Of a stretch of 59,622 nt of DNA, positions 9,307-19,803 are shown piece after piece (the stretch's first letter is position 1; every line of letters starts with the position of its first letter). Location: NCBI GenBank assembly GCA_018701255.1, contig JABIWM010000080.1, forward strand, positions 1 to 59,622. The letters are read 5' to 3'. The stretch comes from Alphaproteobacteria bacterium. GTDB taxonomy: Bacteria > Pseudomonadota > Alphaproteobacteria > Puniceispirillales > UBA1172. Position numbers and translations under genes: made by a program. The notes below the pieces were generated by a model. The model ran no database searches and was not told where the DNA came from. It saw nothing but the letters and a program-made list of their open reading frames with translations.

Positions 9307-9888
9307 CTAGCGCAGCCCGTCTTCGCCTTTGATATCCTCAACCGCTAATCCGCCCATGCGGTGATGAATACGGCCGCCTTTGGTCATGGCCAGACAGAAC
9401 ATGATCTCACCCCGGCGCGGCGAATCAGCTAGCCGGACTTCCATGGCGTCAAAATGGCTCCTGACATAGGCGGCATTAATATGGCCTAACGGGATATCAA
9501 TAGCACATCCGGCGCCGCCCACCTTCATCGAAGACGGAACGATAGCCTTGGCTTCGCCCAGTCTTTCCCGCATCGCATATCCACCCGGCACATGCCAGAG
9601 CGCGGTATGTTCCAGCTCACCATCTTCGCCAGCAAGCCCGGCCTTACCATAGCCATCAATACCATCAAGACCGCCAAGCGCATCAATCAGCTCATCTGTC
9701 ATCATCAACCCCAGCGGCTTCAGATCATCCATCACCGATTGCAAGTCTTCGTGATATTTACCAGCAAAGGGATTGCTTACCACCGCCACCATTGCCGCGC
9801 GCATCCGCGGTGTTTGCGGGGCGGGGCCGCCTTCGTGATAAATCGTTTCCAGAAAAAGCTGTGTTTTACGAATAGGAAAGCTTGTCAT
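9307..9888 (-). CDS. 'amino acid synthesis' family protein (PF06684/DUF1185-like), paralog 2
   Basis: 193 aa. It shares IRK, NPFAGK..EDL, GKAG..GEDGELEH, IPLGH, RSH and GGRIHHRMGG with ORF 3109..3711. Its ATG overlaps the upstream gene's stop by 4 nt. Confidence 0.6.
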   Translation of the reverse strand: MTSFPIRKTQLFLETIYHEGGPAPQTPRMRAAMVAVVSNPFAGKYHEDLQSVMDDLKPLGLMMTDELIDALGGLDGIDGYGKAGLAGEDGELEHTALWHVPGGYAMRERLGEAKAIVPSSMKVGGAGCAIDIPLGHINAAYVRSHFDAMEVRLADSPRRGEIMFCLAMTKGGRIHHRMGGLAVEDIKGEDGLR

Positions 9889-10790
9889 CTTATTTTCTCC
9901 ATCAGTTGCATCGCTTCATGTTTTATTTGTCCGGTATTGAGATACTGATCCAGCCCGACCACCCGAATATGATCTTTGACCCTGATCAATGCACCGGCCA
10001 CCGGTTTTAGTGCCATAATCGCATTTGCTTCGTTTTCACCGGCATCTAATGCCCATTCTATTGCCGCCGGCGATAATGCCGCGACCGATGTGACAATGGG
10101 CTGATCGCCCAGATCACTTTCTGGCAATAACGCATTTGCCGGAACGCGCGTCACCGCCTGCATATCCGGATGGTCTGACGGCAAATCAGCAGGCAGATTA
10201 ACCGCATTAGCAATCATGGTTGCCGCCGCGTCTGCATTGGCCGCATGGTCAGCTAGCACAACAACCGCATCTGCTATACCAAGCGAAAAGCTGCGGCCGC
10301 CATATCCGGATGTGGCCATACCCCGGCAATTGCTATCATGGGGTATCGTGCATCGTGCCGCGTCCAGATTGGCCATGATTGCCGTTGCGTCATATCCATC
10401 TGCCACCCAGAACGCAATATCGCCGCCATTATTCACGCTTGCCTTGGTCAAACCGGATTCAGCGGTCATGGCCGCCAGCACATGATCGGCTACCGCGCCT
10501 GCGACGGCCGCCATTGGTGTAATAAACCGGTTTTCATAGCCGCTAGTTGCATCAGCCATGCGGCGTGCCACCGGATGCCGGTAATGATCAGGTGATTGCG
10601 TTTTCTGGCGCAAATACGGCAATTCAACCACTAACCGTTCCAGCAGATATTGCATCGCCTGTATCGCTTTCCGATAGGCACGGTCTGCGGATACGCCTTC
10701 TGCTTTTATGATCAGATCAATCGGCCCATGCGATAGATGTAGCCGGTTATCGGGCGGCAACCATGCGGCTTGGATAGAAGATACAGACAT
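9885..10790 (-). CDS. UPF0280 family protein with ApbE-like (flavin transferase superfamily) signatures
   Basis: 301 aa with HGPIDLII, ITPMAAVAGAVAD, NNGGDIA, MATSGYGGRSFSLGIADAV and ADAAAT. These patterns resemble the ApbE/UPF0280 fold. Confidence 0.5.
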   Translation of the reverse strand: MSVSSIQAAWLPPDNRLHLSHGPIDLIIKAEGVSADRAYRKAIQAMQYLLERLVVELPYLRQKTQSPDHYRHPVARRMADATSGYENRFITPMAAVAGAVADHVLAAMTAESGLTKASVNNGGDIAFWVADGYDATAIMANLDAARCTIPHDSNCRGMATSGYGGRSFSLGIADAVVVLADHAANADAAATMIANAVNLPADLPSDHPDMQAVTRVPANALLPESDLGDQPIVTSVAALSPAAIEWALDAGENEANAIMALKPVAGALIRVKDHIRVVGLDQYLNTGQIKHEAMQLMEKIR

Positions 10791-10811
10791 GACCGACTCG
10801 CCAGTTAATGG

Positions 10812-12263
10812 TTAATCATCATGATCAGACGATATAACAGAAAGCACCTGACTGTCTTTGGAATACTCACCACCGGTTTTGATAATATCAGCTACCGAAC
10901 GGATTTGTTCGGCATGTCCGCCCAGCGCGATATATTCATCCTTAGTTGTCGTAAACTCCAATGGTGCAACAATCGCTGGGGTTGGCACATAACCAAACGC
11001 GTTTTCAGGCATATTCGCCACATCAACCATGATCGTGATACCGCCCCCCGGCCAGATAAAGCCCTCAATGCCGCCGCAGGTGACTTTTGTCTGACGTGAT
11101 TGCACGGATTCGGTTAGCCGGATCGGGTTTGTTGTCACCCCGGCGCGCAATGAGCCGCCAGCCCCACCCATAAACATCACCGTACAAAGCGCCGGTTCAC
11201 AATTTTCAGCAATCAGATCAACACTGTCTTGCAAATCTTTTGGCATGGGATGCGGCTGTGGCACCAGATCATCATCAAGAATATAATATCCGGAATGTTC
11301 ACCGGTTGTTGATACCATCAGCATGGTTAATCCCGGCCGTGCGCCTTTGGCTTGTCGCCATGCGCCCAGAATCTTGAGCGGGTCTTCCAGATTTGTTCCG
11401 CCCCAGCCCAGCCCCGGTTCAGCCACTTGAAAATATCGGCCGGGGGTTGATCTGCGGCCATTTATGGTGATGCCTGTATCCGGCCAGTCCAGCACCTTGC
11501 CGGCCTGATGTTCAGACACAACACCGGTAATGTGATCATCAACGACAACAACCTCATCAACATGACCAAGCCATTGCGAAGCAAACATTCCGATAGTCGC
11601 TGATCCGCACCCAACCCGCATGCGGTGTTCCATTTTGCCATCAACGATGGGGGCTTTGCCGGATTCAACAATGACGGTTGATCCGCCATCAATGCTTAAT
11701 TCAACCGGCTCTTTATTACATAGCTTCATCAGCGCATCACATGTCACCCGACCTTCAGCTTTGCTGCCGCCAGTCAGATGATCAACGCCGCCCAATGACA
11801 GCATTTGTGAGCCATATTCGCTAGTCATGACTAACCCCACCGGCTCACCATTGGCGCGAATAACCGCGCCTTCCTTGCCTAAATGCCGGTCTGTATCAAT
11901 TTTGACTTTCACCCCGCAATACGAAAAAATAGCTTCGGTTACAACAGTAACAAAATCCGCGTTATCATGATGCTGGCCAACAATGAACGGTGCCGGTTTA
12001 TAATCCGGATAAGTAGTACCGGCACCTATGGCCGTGACAAAAGCGCCATTTTCCTGATGCAGATTGCCATCCCATTCTGCCCCCAGAAATGGTTTTACGG
12101 CATCGCCTGCTTCTATCCGGCGATCAAGAATAGTTAACGGATCAAGCCGTATAATCTGGCCATCCTTATTGGCGTAACGGTCACAAGCACCGGAATTGCC
12201 GTCAGCGATATAACACATCACCGGACAGGCATCGCATCTGATTTTTTCTGTTGTTTTGCTCAT
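10812..12263 (-). CDS. Fe-S protein resembling 6-hydroxynicotinate reductase (Hnr-like)
   Basis: 483 aa. N-terminal Cys cluster C-x2-C-x3-C-x9-C ([21 protein letters not shown]). The family assignment is from memory of the NCBI '6-hydroxynicotinate reductase' family, which co-occurs with UPF0280 and PF06684 genes. ATGA overlap with the upstream gene at 12260-12263. Confidence 0.45.
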   Translation of the reverse strand: MSKTTEKIRCDACPVMCYIADGNSGACDRYANKDGQIIRLDPLTILDRRIEAGDAVKPFLGAEWDGNLHQENGAFVTAIGAGTTYPDYKPAPFIVGQHHDNADFVTVVTEAIFSYCGVKVKIDTDRHLGKEGAVIRANGEPVGLVMTSEYGSQMLSLGGVDHLTGGSKAEGRVTCDALMKLCNKEPVELSIDGGSTVIVESGKAPIVDGKMEHRMRVGCGSATIGMFASQWLGHVDEVVVVDDHITGVVSEHQAGKVLDWPDTGITINGRRSTPGRYFQVAEPGLGWGGTNLEDPLKILGAWRQAKGARPGLTMLMVSTTGEHSGYYILDDDLVPQPHPMPKDLQDSVDLIAENCEPALCTVMFMGGAGGSLRAGVTTNPIRLTESVQSRQTKVTCGGIEGFIWPGGGITIMVDVANMPENAFGYVPTPAIVAPLEFTTTKDEYIALGGHAEQIRSVADIIKTGGEYSKDSQVLSVISSDHDD

Positions 12264-15019
12264 TCCGCCGCCTCATGCGTGGTGTTGTTAGCCGTGATTG
12301 CCGCAAGCACGCGGTGCGGCACAGCAGGAGTTTGATATATTCTTGCGCCGCCTGTCGCATCGGTAATGGCGTTCAGAATAGCAGGCGCGGTCGGGATCAA
12401 CACATGTTCCCCCAATCCTTTGACCCCCATAGGGCCTTCGGGGTCGGGGACTTCTATCAGATGATATTCAATGTCCGGCATATCACCAATAGAAGGGATC
12501 AGATAATCATGCAAATTTTCTGTTCGGCCGGGGATATATTCTTCCATCAACGCCATGCCCAATCCTTGCGCTATGCCGCCATCAATCTGGCCTTCTGCCA
12601 GCAATGGATTGACCACTTTGCCCAGATCATGCGCCGCCGAAATGTTCAGCACTTTCACCGTGCCTAATTGCATATCCACCTCAACCACCGCCGCATGCGC
12701 GCCAAATCCGTAAACCGCATACGGCTTGCCCTGCCCATATTCATCCAGCTCTTCGGTTGGCGGATTATAGGTTTCTTCGGCCATCAGAACATAGCCGTAA
12801 TCATTCACCGGCAATGGATTAAGCGCGATATCAATTTGCTTATCGCCATGAATAACCGTGATGATGCCCTGTTCAATCTCAATAACCGCGTCATCACCCA
12901 GATTGCTTAACCGCAAAATCTGACCACGCAGGGCTTGCCCTGCCAGCATGGCGGCTTTGCCGGTAATAAACGTCTGGCGTGACGCTGACGTTTTGCCGCA
13001 ATCCGGCGTAATGGCGGTGTCACCACCAACAAGCGATATATCCGCCAGCGGAATACCCAGTGCATCCGCACAAATCTGCGTGATAACGGTGTTTGACCCC
13101 TGACCGATATCTGCCGCGCCCTGATGCAGGACAACCGCGCCTTCGGATGTGATTCCCAACCGGATTGTTGACGGGTTGGGAAGCGCGGTATTCCCGCAAC
13201 CATACCAGCAAGACGACACGCCAATACCACGTTTTTTTCTGGTGTTTCTGGCGTTAAAATCAGCAATCTGTTTCTGATGAAGATGCCAGAATGGTTCTAA
13301 CGCCGCCAGACATTCATCAATACCAACCGCGGTTAATATCTGATTACAGATTGTCCGGTCGCCATTTTTCAAGGCATTGAGCCGCCGGAAGGCCAGCCTG
13401 TCCATATTACATTTTTGCGCCAGTTCATCATAAAGCGCTTCTTGAATAATAGTCGACTGCGGCACACCAAACCCGCGAAACGCACCTGATGGCGGGCCGT
13501 TGGTATGAATAGCTCTGCCCTTGGCCAGATAATGTGGCGTTTTATACGGGCCGGATGCATGAATAGGCACCCGACTAGCCACGGTAGGCCCCCAGCTTGC
13601 ATATGCGCCGGTATTAAAATCACCTGTGAATTCCATCGCCGCAATGCGGCCATCCGCATCGGTCGCAATCCTTGCCCGCATATCCCCCGGATGGCGTTTA
13701 GTTGTCGACATCATGGATTCCTGACGCGAATATACCATCCGGCATGGCAGGCCGGTTTTGAGCGCCACCAGACCAAGCAATGGCTGAACCGATACATCCA
13801 GCTTTGAGCCAAAGCCGCCACCGGTTGCCGATGGAATAATCCGAACCTTTTCCTGCGCCAGACCAAGCACCTTGGCCGTATCATCACGATCCATAACAGG
13901 GGCTTGCGTGCAGGCCTGAATGACAACCGTATCGCCATCCATCCATGCGGTGCCTGCTTCGGGTTCTATATAGGCATGTTCCACATAACCTGTTGAAAAC
14001 GTCATTTCAGCCACATGTTCTGCTGTGGCAAAACCGGCATCAATATCACCATGTTTGACCATGCCGGTAATCAGCAGATTATGATCACGGTGCGGATGAA
14101 TTTGTACCGCCCCAGCCTTAACCGCTGTCTGCACATCCATGATGGGTTGCCGTTCTGTCCATGAAATCGGAAAGTCGGATATATCCTGTGATGCAATATC
14201 CTGCGAATAGCCAACAATCAATGCTACCGCTTCGCCTTTGAATCTGGTCACATCACTGGCTAGTGCTGGTTGATCCGCCATGGCCGGAATCACGCCAAAC
14301 CGGTTATCACCATCAATATCACTTGCCAGAAACACATGACTGATCTGATCATGTTTCGCTGTCCATGCCGCCACATCACCGATAGAAAACTGCGCGGAAT
14401 GATAAGGTGAGCGAAGCACCCGAACATATAGCGCCCCTGCTGGCCATTCATCAGCACCGAATATTTCGGTTCCATTAAGTTTCGGAATACCGTCCAGCCG
14501 TTCTACTCTGGCGCCAACCGCAATATTGCGGTCAGGCATCGGTGCCGCTGGTTTCGGGTTCGCGGCATCCATCACCGCATCAATAATTTTGGCATAACCG
14601 GTACAGCGGCATAACACGCCGCCCAATGCGTCTTCGACTTCGCATCGGCTAGGCGTTTTATTCTGGCGAATCAGCGGCGTTGCCGCCATCAGCATACCGG
14701 GCGTACAAATCCCGCATTGCGCTGCTCCATGCCGGCTGAATGATTGCTGTAATAATGACAGCGTATCCCCATCGGCCAGACTTTCAACCGTTTCAATGTG
14801 ACAGCCATCTGCTTTGGCCGCTGTCATCAGACATGAACAGACCGGCTCACCGTCAACCAGAACTGTGCAGGCACCACAATCACCGGCATTACAGCCGACT
14901 TTTGTTCCCATCAGATGCAATTCTTCACGCAAAACTTCGCTTAACCGCATGCTAGCCGAACAGGTGACAGCTTCCACCTTGCCATTTACCGTTATCGTGA
15001 ATTGGTTTTGGTCGCTCAT
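12260..15019 (-). CDS. xanthine dehydrogenase-family molybdo-hydroxylase, fused [2Fe-2S] + molybdopterin-binding subunit
   Basis: 2Fe-2S motifs [19 protein letters not shown] and CRCTGY at the N-terminus, and GGGFGSK plus a long MoCo domain after that. I set the start at the ATG at 15019 ([14 protein letters not shown]...), which overlaps the stop of the FAD subunit as ATGA. Confidence 0.85.
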   Translation of the reverse strand: MSDQNQFTITVNGKVEAVTCSASMRLSEVLREELHLMGTKVGCNAGDCGACTVLVDGEPVCSCLMTAAKADGCHIETVESLADGDTLSLLQQSFSRHGAAQCGICTPGMLMAATPLIRQNKTPSRCEVEDALGGVLCRCTGYAKIIDAVMDAANPKPAAPMPDRNIAVGARVERLDGIPKLNGTEIFGADEWPAGALYVRVLRSPYHSAQFSIGDVAAWTAKHDQISHVFLASDIDGDNRFGVIPAMADQPALASDVTRFKGEAVALIVGYSQDIASQDISDFPISWTERQPIMDVQTAVKAGAVQIHPHRDHNLLITGMVKHGDIDAGFATAEHVAEMTFSTGYVEHAYIEPEAGTAWMDGDTVVIQACTQAPVMDRDDTAKVLGLAQEKVRIIPSATGGGFGSKLDVSVQPLLGLVALKTGLPCRMVYSRQESMMSTTKRHPGDMRARIATDADGRIAAMEFTGDFNTGAYASWGPTVASRVPIHASGPYKTPHYLAKGRAIHTNGPPSGAFRGFGVPQSTIIQEALYDELAQKCNMDRLAFRRLNALKNGDRTICNQILTAVGIDECLAALEPFWHLHQKQIADFNARNTRKKRGIGVSSCWYGCGNTALPNPSTIRLGITSEGAVVLHQGAADIGQGSNTVITQICADALGIPLADISLVGGDTAITPDCGKTSASRQTFITGKAAMLAGQALRGQILRLSNLGDDAVIEIEQGIITVIHGDKQIDIALNPLPVNDYGYVLMAEETYNPPTEELDEYGQGKPYAVYGFGAHAAVVEVDMQLGTVKVLNISAAHDLGKVVNPLLAEGQIDGGIAQGLGMALMEEYIPGRTENLHDYLIPSIGDMPDIEYHLIEVPDPEGPMGVKGLGEHVLIPTAPAILNAITDATGGARIYQTPAVPHRVLAAITANNTTHEAAE

Positions 15020-15891
15020 GCCGTGCTCTCCGGTTGTCTGGTTGCGGATATAAGGCAATGATCAATTGCCGCATGCAGAAGCGTGGTTGCCGCCTGAATA
15101 CGATAGCTGGCTGAACCGCGCACATCATCAATCGGATTAATGACCGCCTCAACATCGGCGGCCACGACCAGATCAGACGCGGATAATCCGGATGCCGGAT
15201 CAATTTCTGTTCCAATTAGCGCTTGTTCCACCGCGTGCAATCGCACCGCAACCGGACTGCAAGACCCTAGCGATAGCGCGGCTTGCGTGATGCGGTTATC
15301 GGTTATCACCATTCTGGCGGCGGCCATGACAATAGAAATGATCAGATATTTTCTTGTCCCCAGTTTCTCAAACGCCGACACGCCACTTTCGGCTGATTTG
15401 GGAATTATGATGGCGGTCATGATTTCATCTGGCTGGCGCATGGTTTTGCGTGGGCCTAACAGAAAATCGGATAATAGCATCTGCCGTCTGCCCGCGGTTG
15501 AGGCCAACTCAACCGACGCATCCAGTGCTAATAAACACGGAATGCTATCAGCGGCCGGTGATGCATTACATAAATTACCGGCAATTGTTCCCACATTCTG
15601 AATCTGGATAGACCCAATTTCCCGCGCCGCCAGTTTCAACATGTCATAAGCTGGCGGCAAATCCGCCCGAACAATATCTGTCCATGTTGTAGCACCGCCA
15701 ATACGCCGGATATCCCCCATATCGGTTATCCCGCGCATATCCTTGATGCCCGTTACATCCAGCACATGACCAGTCATTTGCGGGGCTGTGGTTAGCGGAA
15801 ATAAATCCGTACAACCCGCCGCAATGACAGCGGCGGTTGACGAAGATAGCGCGTCTAGCGCATCTTCGATTGTTGTTGGCCGGTAATACAT
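15016..15891 (-). CDS. FAD-binding subunit of the molybdo-hydroxylase (CoxM/XdhB-like)
   Basis: [15 protein letters not shown]...AAGCTDLFP... is typical of FAD_binding_5 subunits. The start is ambiguous (ATGs at 15918, 15906 and 15891); I chose 15891 by comparison with typical N-termini. Confidence 0.8.
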   Translation of the reverse strand: MYYRPTTIEDALDALSSSTAAVIAAGCTDLFPLTTAPQMTGHVLDVTGIKDMRGITDMGDIRRIGGATTWTDIVRADLPPAYDMLKLAAREIGSIQIQNVGTIAGNLCNASPAADSIPCLLALDASVELASTAGRRQMLLSDFLLGPRKTMRQPDEIMTAIIIPKSAESGVSAFEKLGTRKYLIISIVMAAARMVITDNRITQAALSLGSCSPVAVRLHAVEQALIGTEIDPASGLSASDLVVAADVEAVINPIDDVRGSASYRIQAATTLLHAAIDHCLISATRQPESTA

Positions 15892-15921
15892 GTTATCTGA
15901 AAGCATAAGGATCAACATAAA

Positions 15922-15959
15922 CTGTTAGTACACAAACTAATTTGCTATTTTGCTAACAG
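15922..15959. promoter_or_regulatory. nested inverted repeats in the marR / hydroxylase divergent promoter (operator candidate)
   Basis: The outer inverted repeat is CTGTTAG (15922-15928) and CTAACAG (15953-15959). The inner palindrome is TTAGTacacaaACTAA at 15925-15940, containing GTACACAAA. Confidence 0.5.
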
Positions 15960-15988
15960 CCTGTCAATATCGATTTAAGGATGCCGCT

Positions 15989-16462
15989 ATGAAGAAAATG
16001 CCACTTTCCGTTGTTGATACAGACCATCATGATGCTGATAGCATGGCGGCGGCGGCCGATTATCAGCTAGAAGATCAGGTTGGCTTTATCATGCGATGCG
16101 TCAATCAGCGGCATTTATCGATATTCAGCCGTTTAATCCCTGAGCTAACCCCGACACAGTTTTCCGCATTAGCCAAGCTTTGCGCCACCGGTCAGGCATC
16201 CCAGAATGAGCTAGGGCGCATGATTGCCATTGATGCCGCCACCATAAAAGGCGTGGTAGACCGGTTAAAACATCGCGGGCTGATTTCATCCGAAAGCCAG
16301 CCATCCGATTTACGGCGACTGATTCTGAAACCAACAGAAGAAGGCCGGCAATTATTTCATCAGATCAGCGCGGCCGCACGGCAGGTATCCGAAGACACGC
16401 TAAAACCGCTGAGCGAAAAAGAAAAACAAGTTTTTATGAATTTGCTTGCTAAACTGCGTTAA
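15989..16462 (+). CDS. MarR-family transcriptional regulator
   Basis: Winged-HTH MarR pattern (...TPTQFSALAKLCATGQASQNELGRMIAIDAATIKGVVDRLKHRGLI...). The ATG at 15989 has AAGGA upstream. It is divergent from the hydroxylase operon. Confidence 0.85.
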   Translation: MKKMPLSVVDTDHHDADSMAAAADYQLEDQVGFIMRCVNQRHLSIFSRLIPELTPTQFSALAKLCATGQASQNELGRMIAIDAATIKGVVDRLKHRGLISSESQPSDLRRLILKPTEEGRQLFHQISAAARQVSEDTLKPLSEKEKQVFMNLLAKLR

Positions 16463-16482
16463 TCCGAACGCTGTCGCCGTTT

Positions 16483-17178
16483 TTACACGCCAATATATTT
16501 TTTCAATATATCCGGATTATCACGCAGATGATCAGCTGACATGACATCGCGATTCATGCCATTTTCAAGGAACATCACTTTATCAGCAATGGACAGAACC
16601 GCATCAACACGCTGTTCCACCAGCAAAATACCAACACCCTGTTTTTTGAGCTCAACCACCGTATCACGGATCAGCGCAATCATGGATGGCTGCAAGCCTT
16701 CGGTGGGCTCATCCAGCAATAACAATTGTGGCTCAAGGCATAACGCCCGTCCAGTAGCCAGCATTTGCTGTTCGCCGCCGGATAATGTATTCGCCCGCTG
16801 ATCAAGCCGTTCAGCCAATCTGGGAAACATGCCCAGCACCTTATCACGAGTGGCCGCCGATTTGCCGCCTGCCATTAATCCGATTTCCAGATTTTCGGCC
16901 ACAGTGAGCTCAGAAAAAAGCCGCCTGCCTTGCGGAATATAACCTATTCCGCATCCGGCAATTTTATGGGGGGCAATGGCGGTTAAATCTGTTCCGTTAA
17001 ATATGATCTGACCCTGACTGGCCTTGAGCAATCCCATGATTGTTTTCATCATGGTCGTTTTGCCAGCACCATTACGGCCAAGAATACAGACAATCTCGCC
17101 AGCATTAAGGCTAAGCGAAACTTCTCTGAGCACCTGCGCGCCCGCATATCCTGATGATACGGATGTCAGCTCAAGCAT
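16483..17178 (-). CDS. HAAT-family ABC transporter ATP-binding protein (LivF-like)
   Basis: Walker A GRNGAGKTT, signature LSGGEQQML, Walker B LLLLDEP. The ATG at 17178 overlaps the upstream stop by 8 nt. Confidence 0.9.
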   Translation of the reverse strand: MLELTSVSSGYAGAQVLREVSLSLNAGEIVCILGRNGAGKTTMMKTIMGLLKASQGQIIFNGTDLTAIAPHKIAGCGIGYIPQGRRLFSELTVAENLEIGLMAGGKSAATRDKVLGMFPRLAERLDQRANTLSGGEQQMLATGRALCLEPQLLLLDEPTEGLQPSMIALIRDTVVELKKQGVGILLVEQRVDAVLSIADKVMFLENGMNRDVMSADHLRDNPDILKKYIGV

Positions 17179-17896
17179 GGGTTTCTCCCAGATAGGCAAT
17201 CTGCACATCACGATTGCCGCGAATATCGGCAGGCGTTCCTGTTGCCAGCACCTTGCCCAGATTAAGCACCGTGATCTGATCCGCTGTATCCATCACCACA
17301 TTCATATTATGTTCGATCAGCAATATGGTCATATCGCCGCCAAGCTCACGGATCAATTTTACAAAACCGGCAATCTCACTATCCGCCAGCCCCTGTGTGG
17401 GCTCATCCAGAATAAGCAATTGCGGATGCTGGCTAATCCCCATGGCAATTTCCAGCAACCGCTGATGCCCATAGCTCAAATCGCCTGCCATCTGATCCAT
17501 GCGATCTGCCAGCCCGACTTTTTCCAGCGATTCTTCTATGGTGTTCTGAATCGCCTGTTCATCATTGCCCCATCGCCATGATGTGGCTAGCCGGACATTA
17601 TCCTTAAGGCTCAAACGGCCATAAATGGATGTGATCTGAAACGTATAGGCAATGCCCTGACGGATACGTTTATGGGCGGGCAGTGCCGTTACGTCCTTGC
17701 CATCAAACATGATGCGCCCCGCTGATACCGGAATCCGGCCGCATAACATGCCGACAAAAGTCGACTTGCCAGCACCATTAGGCCCGATAATCGCCCTGAT
17801 CTCGCCTCTGGGGACGGCGAAATCCACTTGATCTACGGCTACCAGACCCCCAAAATGGCGGCTGATTCCATCCGCGCTAATATGCGGTGTTGTCAT
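17171..17896 (-). CDS. HAAT-family ABC transporter ATP-binding protein (LivG-like)
   Basis: Walker A GPNGAGKST, LSYGHQRLLEIA, LLILDEP. The ATG at 17896 gives an ATGA overlap with the permease stop; an alternative start is 17905. Confidence 0.9.
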   Translation of the reverse strand: MTTPHISADGISRHFGGLVAVDQVDFAVPRGEIRAIIGPNGAGKSTFVGMLCGRIPVSAGRIMFDGKDVTALPAHKRIRQGIAYTFQITSIYGRLSLKDNVRLATSWRWGNDEQAIQNTIEESLEKVGLADRMDQMAGDLSYGHQRLLEIAMGISQHPQLLILDEPTQGLADSEIAGFVKLIRELGGDMTILLIEHNMNVVMDTADQITVLNLGKVLATGTPADIRGNRDVQIAYLGETHA

Positions 17897-18855
17897 GATA
17901 GCCATGGCACTACCTTCCGCCGGAATTCACCCACCAATCCTTGCGGCAGGAACAGCGTTAACAACACTAACGCCAGACCTGCAATCAACATATATGCTGT
18001 GGTAAAGGAACTAGACAGATCAATCAGATAAAACATGAACAATGTTCCGATAAATGGCCCCAACGCTGTTCCGGCACCGCCAAGCAGAACCCAGAGCAAC
18101 GGGAAAATAGAATACTGAACAGACGCAAAAGTCGCACCAGCATAGCCGAATAGCAACGCATATGCCGCCCCTGCCAATGCCGCCATCGTGCCAGACATAA
18201 TCACCGCCATCCATTTATGGAAATGAACATCATAGCCCAGCATATGGGTGCGTTCCTCATTCTCACGAATGGCAATCATGACACGGCCAAACCGGCTATG
18301 GACAAGCCGGATTGTCAGCAGCAGGCAAATGGAAAACAGAATAAGCGCCGCGTTATAGCGGTTCGTGGGCTGGCTTAAATCAAAACCTGCCATCACCCGT
18401 TCCGCCTGTTTAATGACAAAGCCCTCATCACCGCGTGTCCATTCGCCAAAATACAGAATGGTTAGAAAACCGGCCTGTGCAAACATTAGCGTCACAATCA
18501 TGAAAGACACTCCGCTTGTCCGCAAAGCAAGGAACCCGATACCGGCCGATACCACCACTCCCACCACTATTGCAGAAATCAGCGCCGGTTCCGGTGTCCA
18601 GCCAAGATGCACCATGGGCAAGCCCATGCCATACATACCAGCGGCAAAAAACATCGCATGGCCAAGGCTTAGCAAGCCGGTATAGCCAAATAGAATATTA
18701 TATCCCATCGCATAGCATGCCAGCACCATAATCCGCGCCAGATTGCCGTGATGATAGGCAGGCAGAATAAATTGCAGGATAAATAATGCCCCTATCAAAC
18801 CCAGATGAAAATAAAGCGATTTTCTGGCATCTGTCATTCCGGTTTTTTCTATCAT
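17893..18855 (-). CDS. HAAT-family ABC transporter permease (LivM-like)
   Basis: 320 aa polytopic protein with the GYTGLLSLGHAMFFAAG motif typical of LivM-type permeases. Confidence 0.85.
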   Translation of the reverse strand: MIEKTGMTDARKSLYFHLGLIGALFILQFILPAYHHGNLARIMVLACYAMGYNILFGYTGLLSLGHAMFFAAGMYGMGLPMVHLGWTPEPALISAIVVGVVVSAGIGFLALRTSGVSFMIVTLMFAQAGFLTILYFGEWTRGDEGFVIKQAERVMAGFDLSQPTNRYNAALILFSICLLLTIRLVHSRFGRVMIAIRENEERTHMLGYDVHFHKWMAVIMSGTMAALAGAAYALLFGYAGATFASVQYSIFPLLWVLLGGAGTALGPFIGTLFMFYLIDLSSSFTTAYMLIAGLALVLLTLFLPQGLVGEFRRKVVPWLS

Positions 18856-19778
18856 GGGTTATGCTTCCCCAAAAGCCCGGATGGACGGAAAATCAGCACA
18901 AATGTCACTATCAGCGTGGCAATAATCTTGGCCAGCGTAGGCGTGAAGAAAACGGAAATAAGCCCATCGCTCAACCCGATCAGCACCGCCGCAACAACCG
19001 TTCCGGCCAGACTGCCCAGACCGCCGATAATAACAACAATAAATGATAACAAAAGCGGATCATGTCCCATCAGATAATGCGCTTGCTGAATAGGAACAAT
19101 CAGCACCGCGGCAAGCGCCGCTAGTCCGGCACCTAGCCCGAACACAAGCGCATAAACCCGATCCACATTAATGCCATAAGCCTGTGCCACATCACGATCA
19201 AGTTGCGTGGCACGCATGATCAGCCCAATCCGTGTCCGCGTCATCAGCACCCATATAGCCAAGAGCAGAATAACCGCAAACCCGATAACAGCCAGTTTAT
19301 ATGTTGTCGTACCAAGCCCCCACGGCCAGTACATGGATAAACCGCTTTCTGTCCATTCAAACCATGGTATGGAAATGCGCTGATTAAAAGGCGGCTCAAC
19401 CGGTCTGGCGTTTGAGCCGTATGTCATCAGCGTGACTTGCTGAATAATATAGAGCAAGCCAATAGTCGCCACAATCGTGCGCTCAGGGTCATATTTGATA
19501 CGCTTTAAAATCATGGTATCGGCAACAACAGCCAGACTACCGACCAGCACCGGCGCAATAAATAATGCCGCAACAAATGATATTGCGGGATGCCCGCCAA
19601 TCATATCGGCCACAAACCATGCCAGCACCGCGCCTAGCATAAAAAACTCACCATGCGCGACATTAACCACGCGCATGACGCCGAACACAAGACTAAGCCC
19701 AACCGCCATCAGCGCCAACACGGCGGCGGTTACTAATCCTTCAATGCTACCGAGTATCAAATAAGGTGCAAGTTCCAT
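18852..19778 (-). CDS. HAAT-family ABC transporter permease (LivH-like)
   Basis: 308 aa polytopic protein with the LVFGVMRVVNVAHGEFFMLGA motif typical of LivH-type permeases. 4-nt overlap with the downstream permease. Confidence 0.85.
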   Translation of the reverse strand: MELAPYLILGSIEGLVTAAVLALMAVGLSLVFGVMRVVNVAHGEFFMLGAVLAWFVADMIGGHPAISFVAALFIAPVLVGSLAVVADTMILKRIKYDPERTIVATIGLLYIIQQVTLMTYGSNARPVEPPFNQRISIPWFEWTESGLSMYWPWGLGTTTYKLAVIGFAVILLLAIWVLMTRTRIGLIMRATQLDRDVAQAYGINVDRVYALVFGLGAGLAALAAVLIVPIQQAHYLMGHDPLLLSFIVVIIGGLGSLAGTVVAAVLIGLSDGLISVFFTPTLAKIIATLIVTFVLIFRPSGLLGKHNP

Positions 19779-19803
19779 GATTTACATGATCTATGAATAA
19801 AAA

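Noticed and set aside
15020-15058. 13-codon extension of the hydroxylase large-subunit ORF.
   Set aside because: The ATG at 15019 forms an ATGA overlap with the upstream stop, the same coupling pattern seen elsewhere in the operon. It is followed directly by the 2Fe-2S domain.
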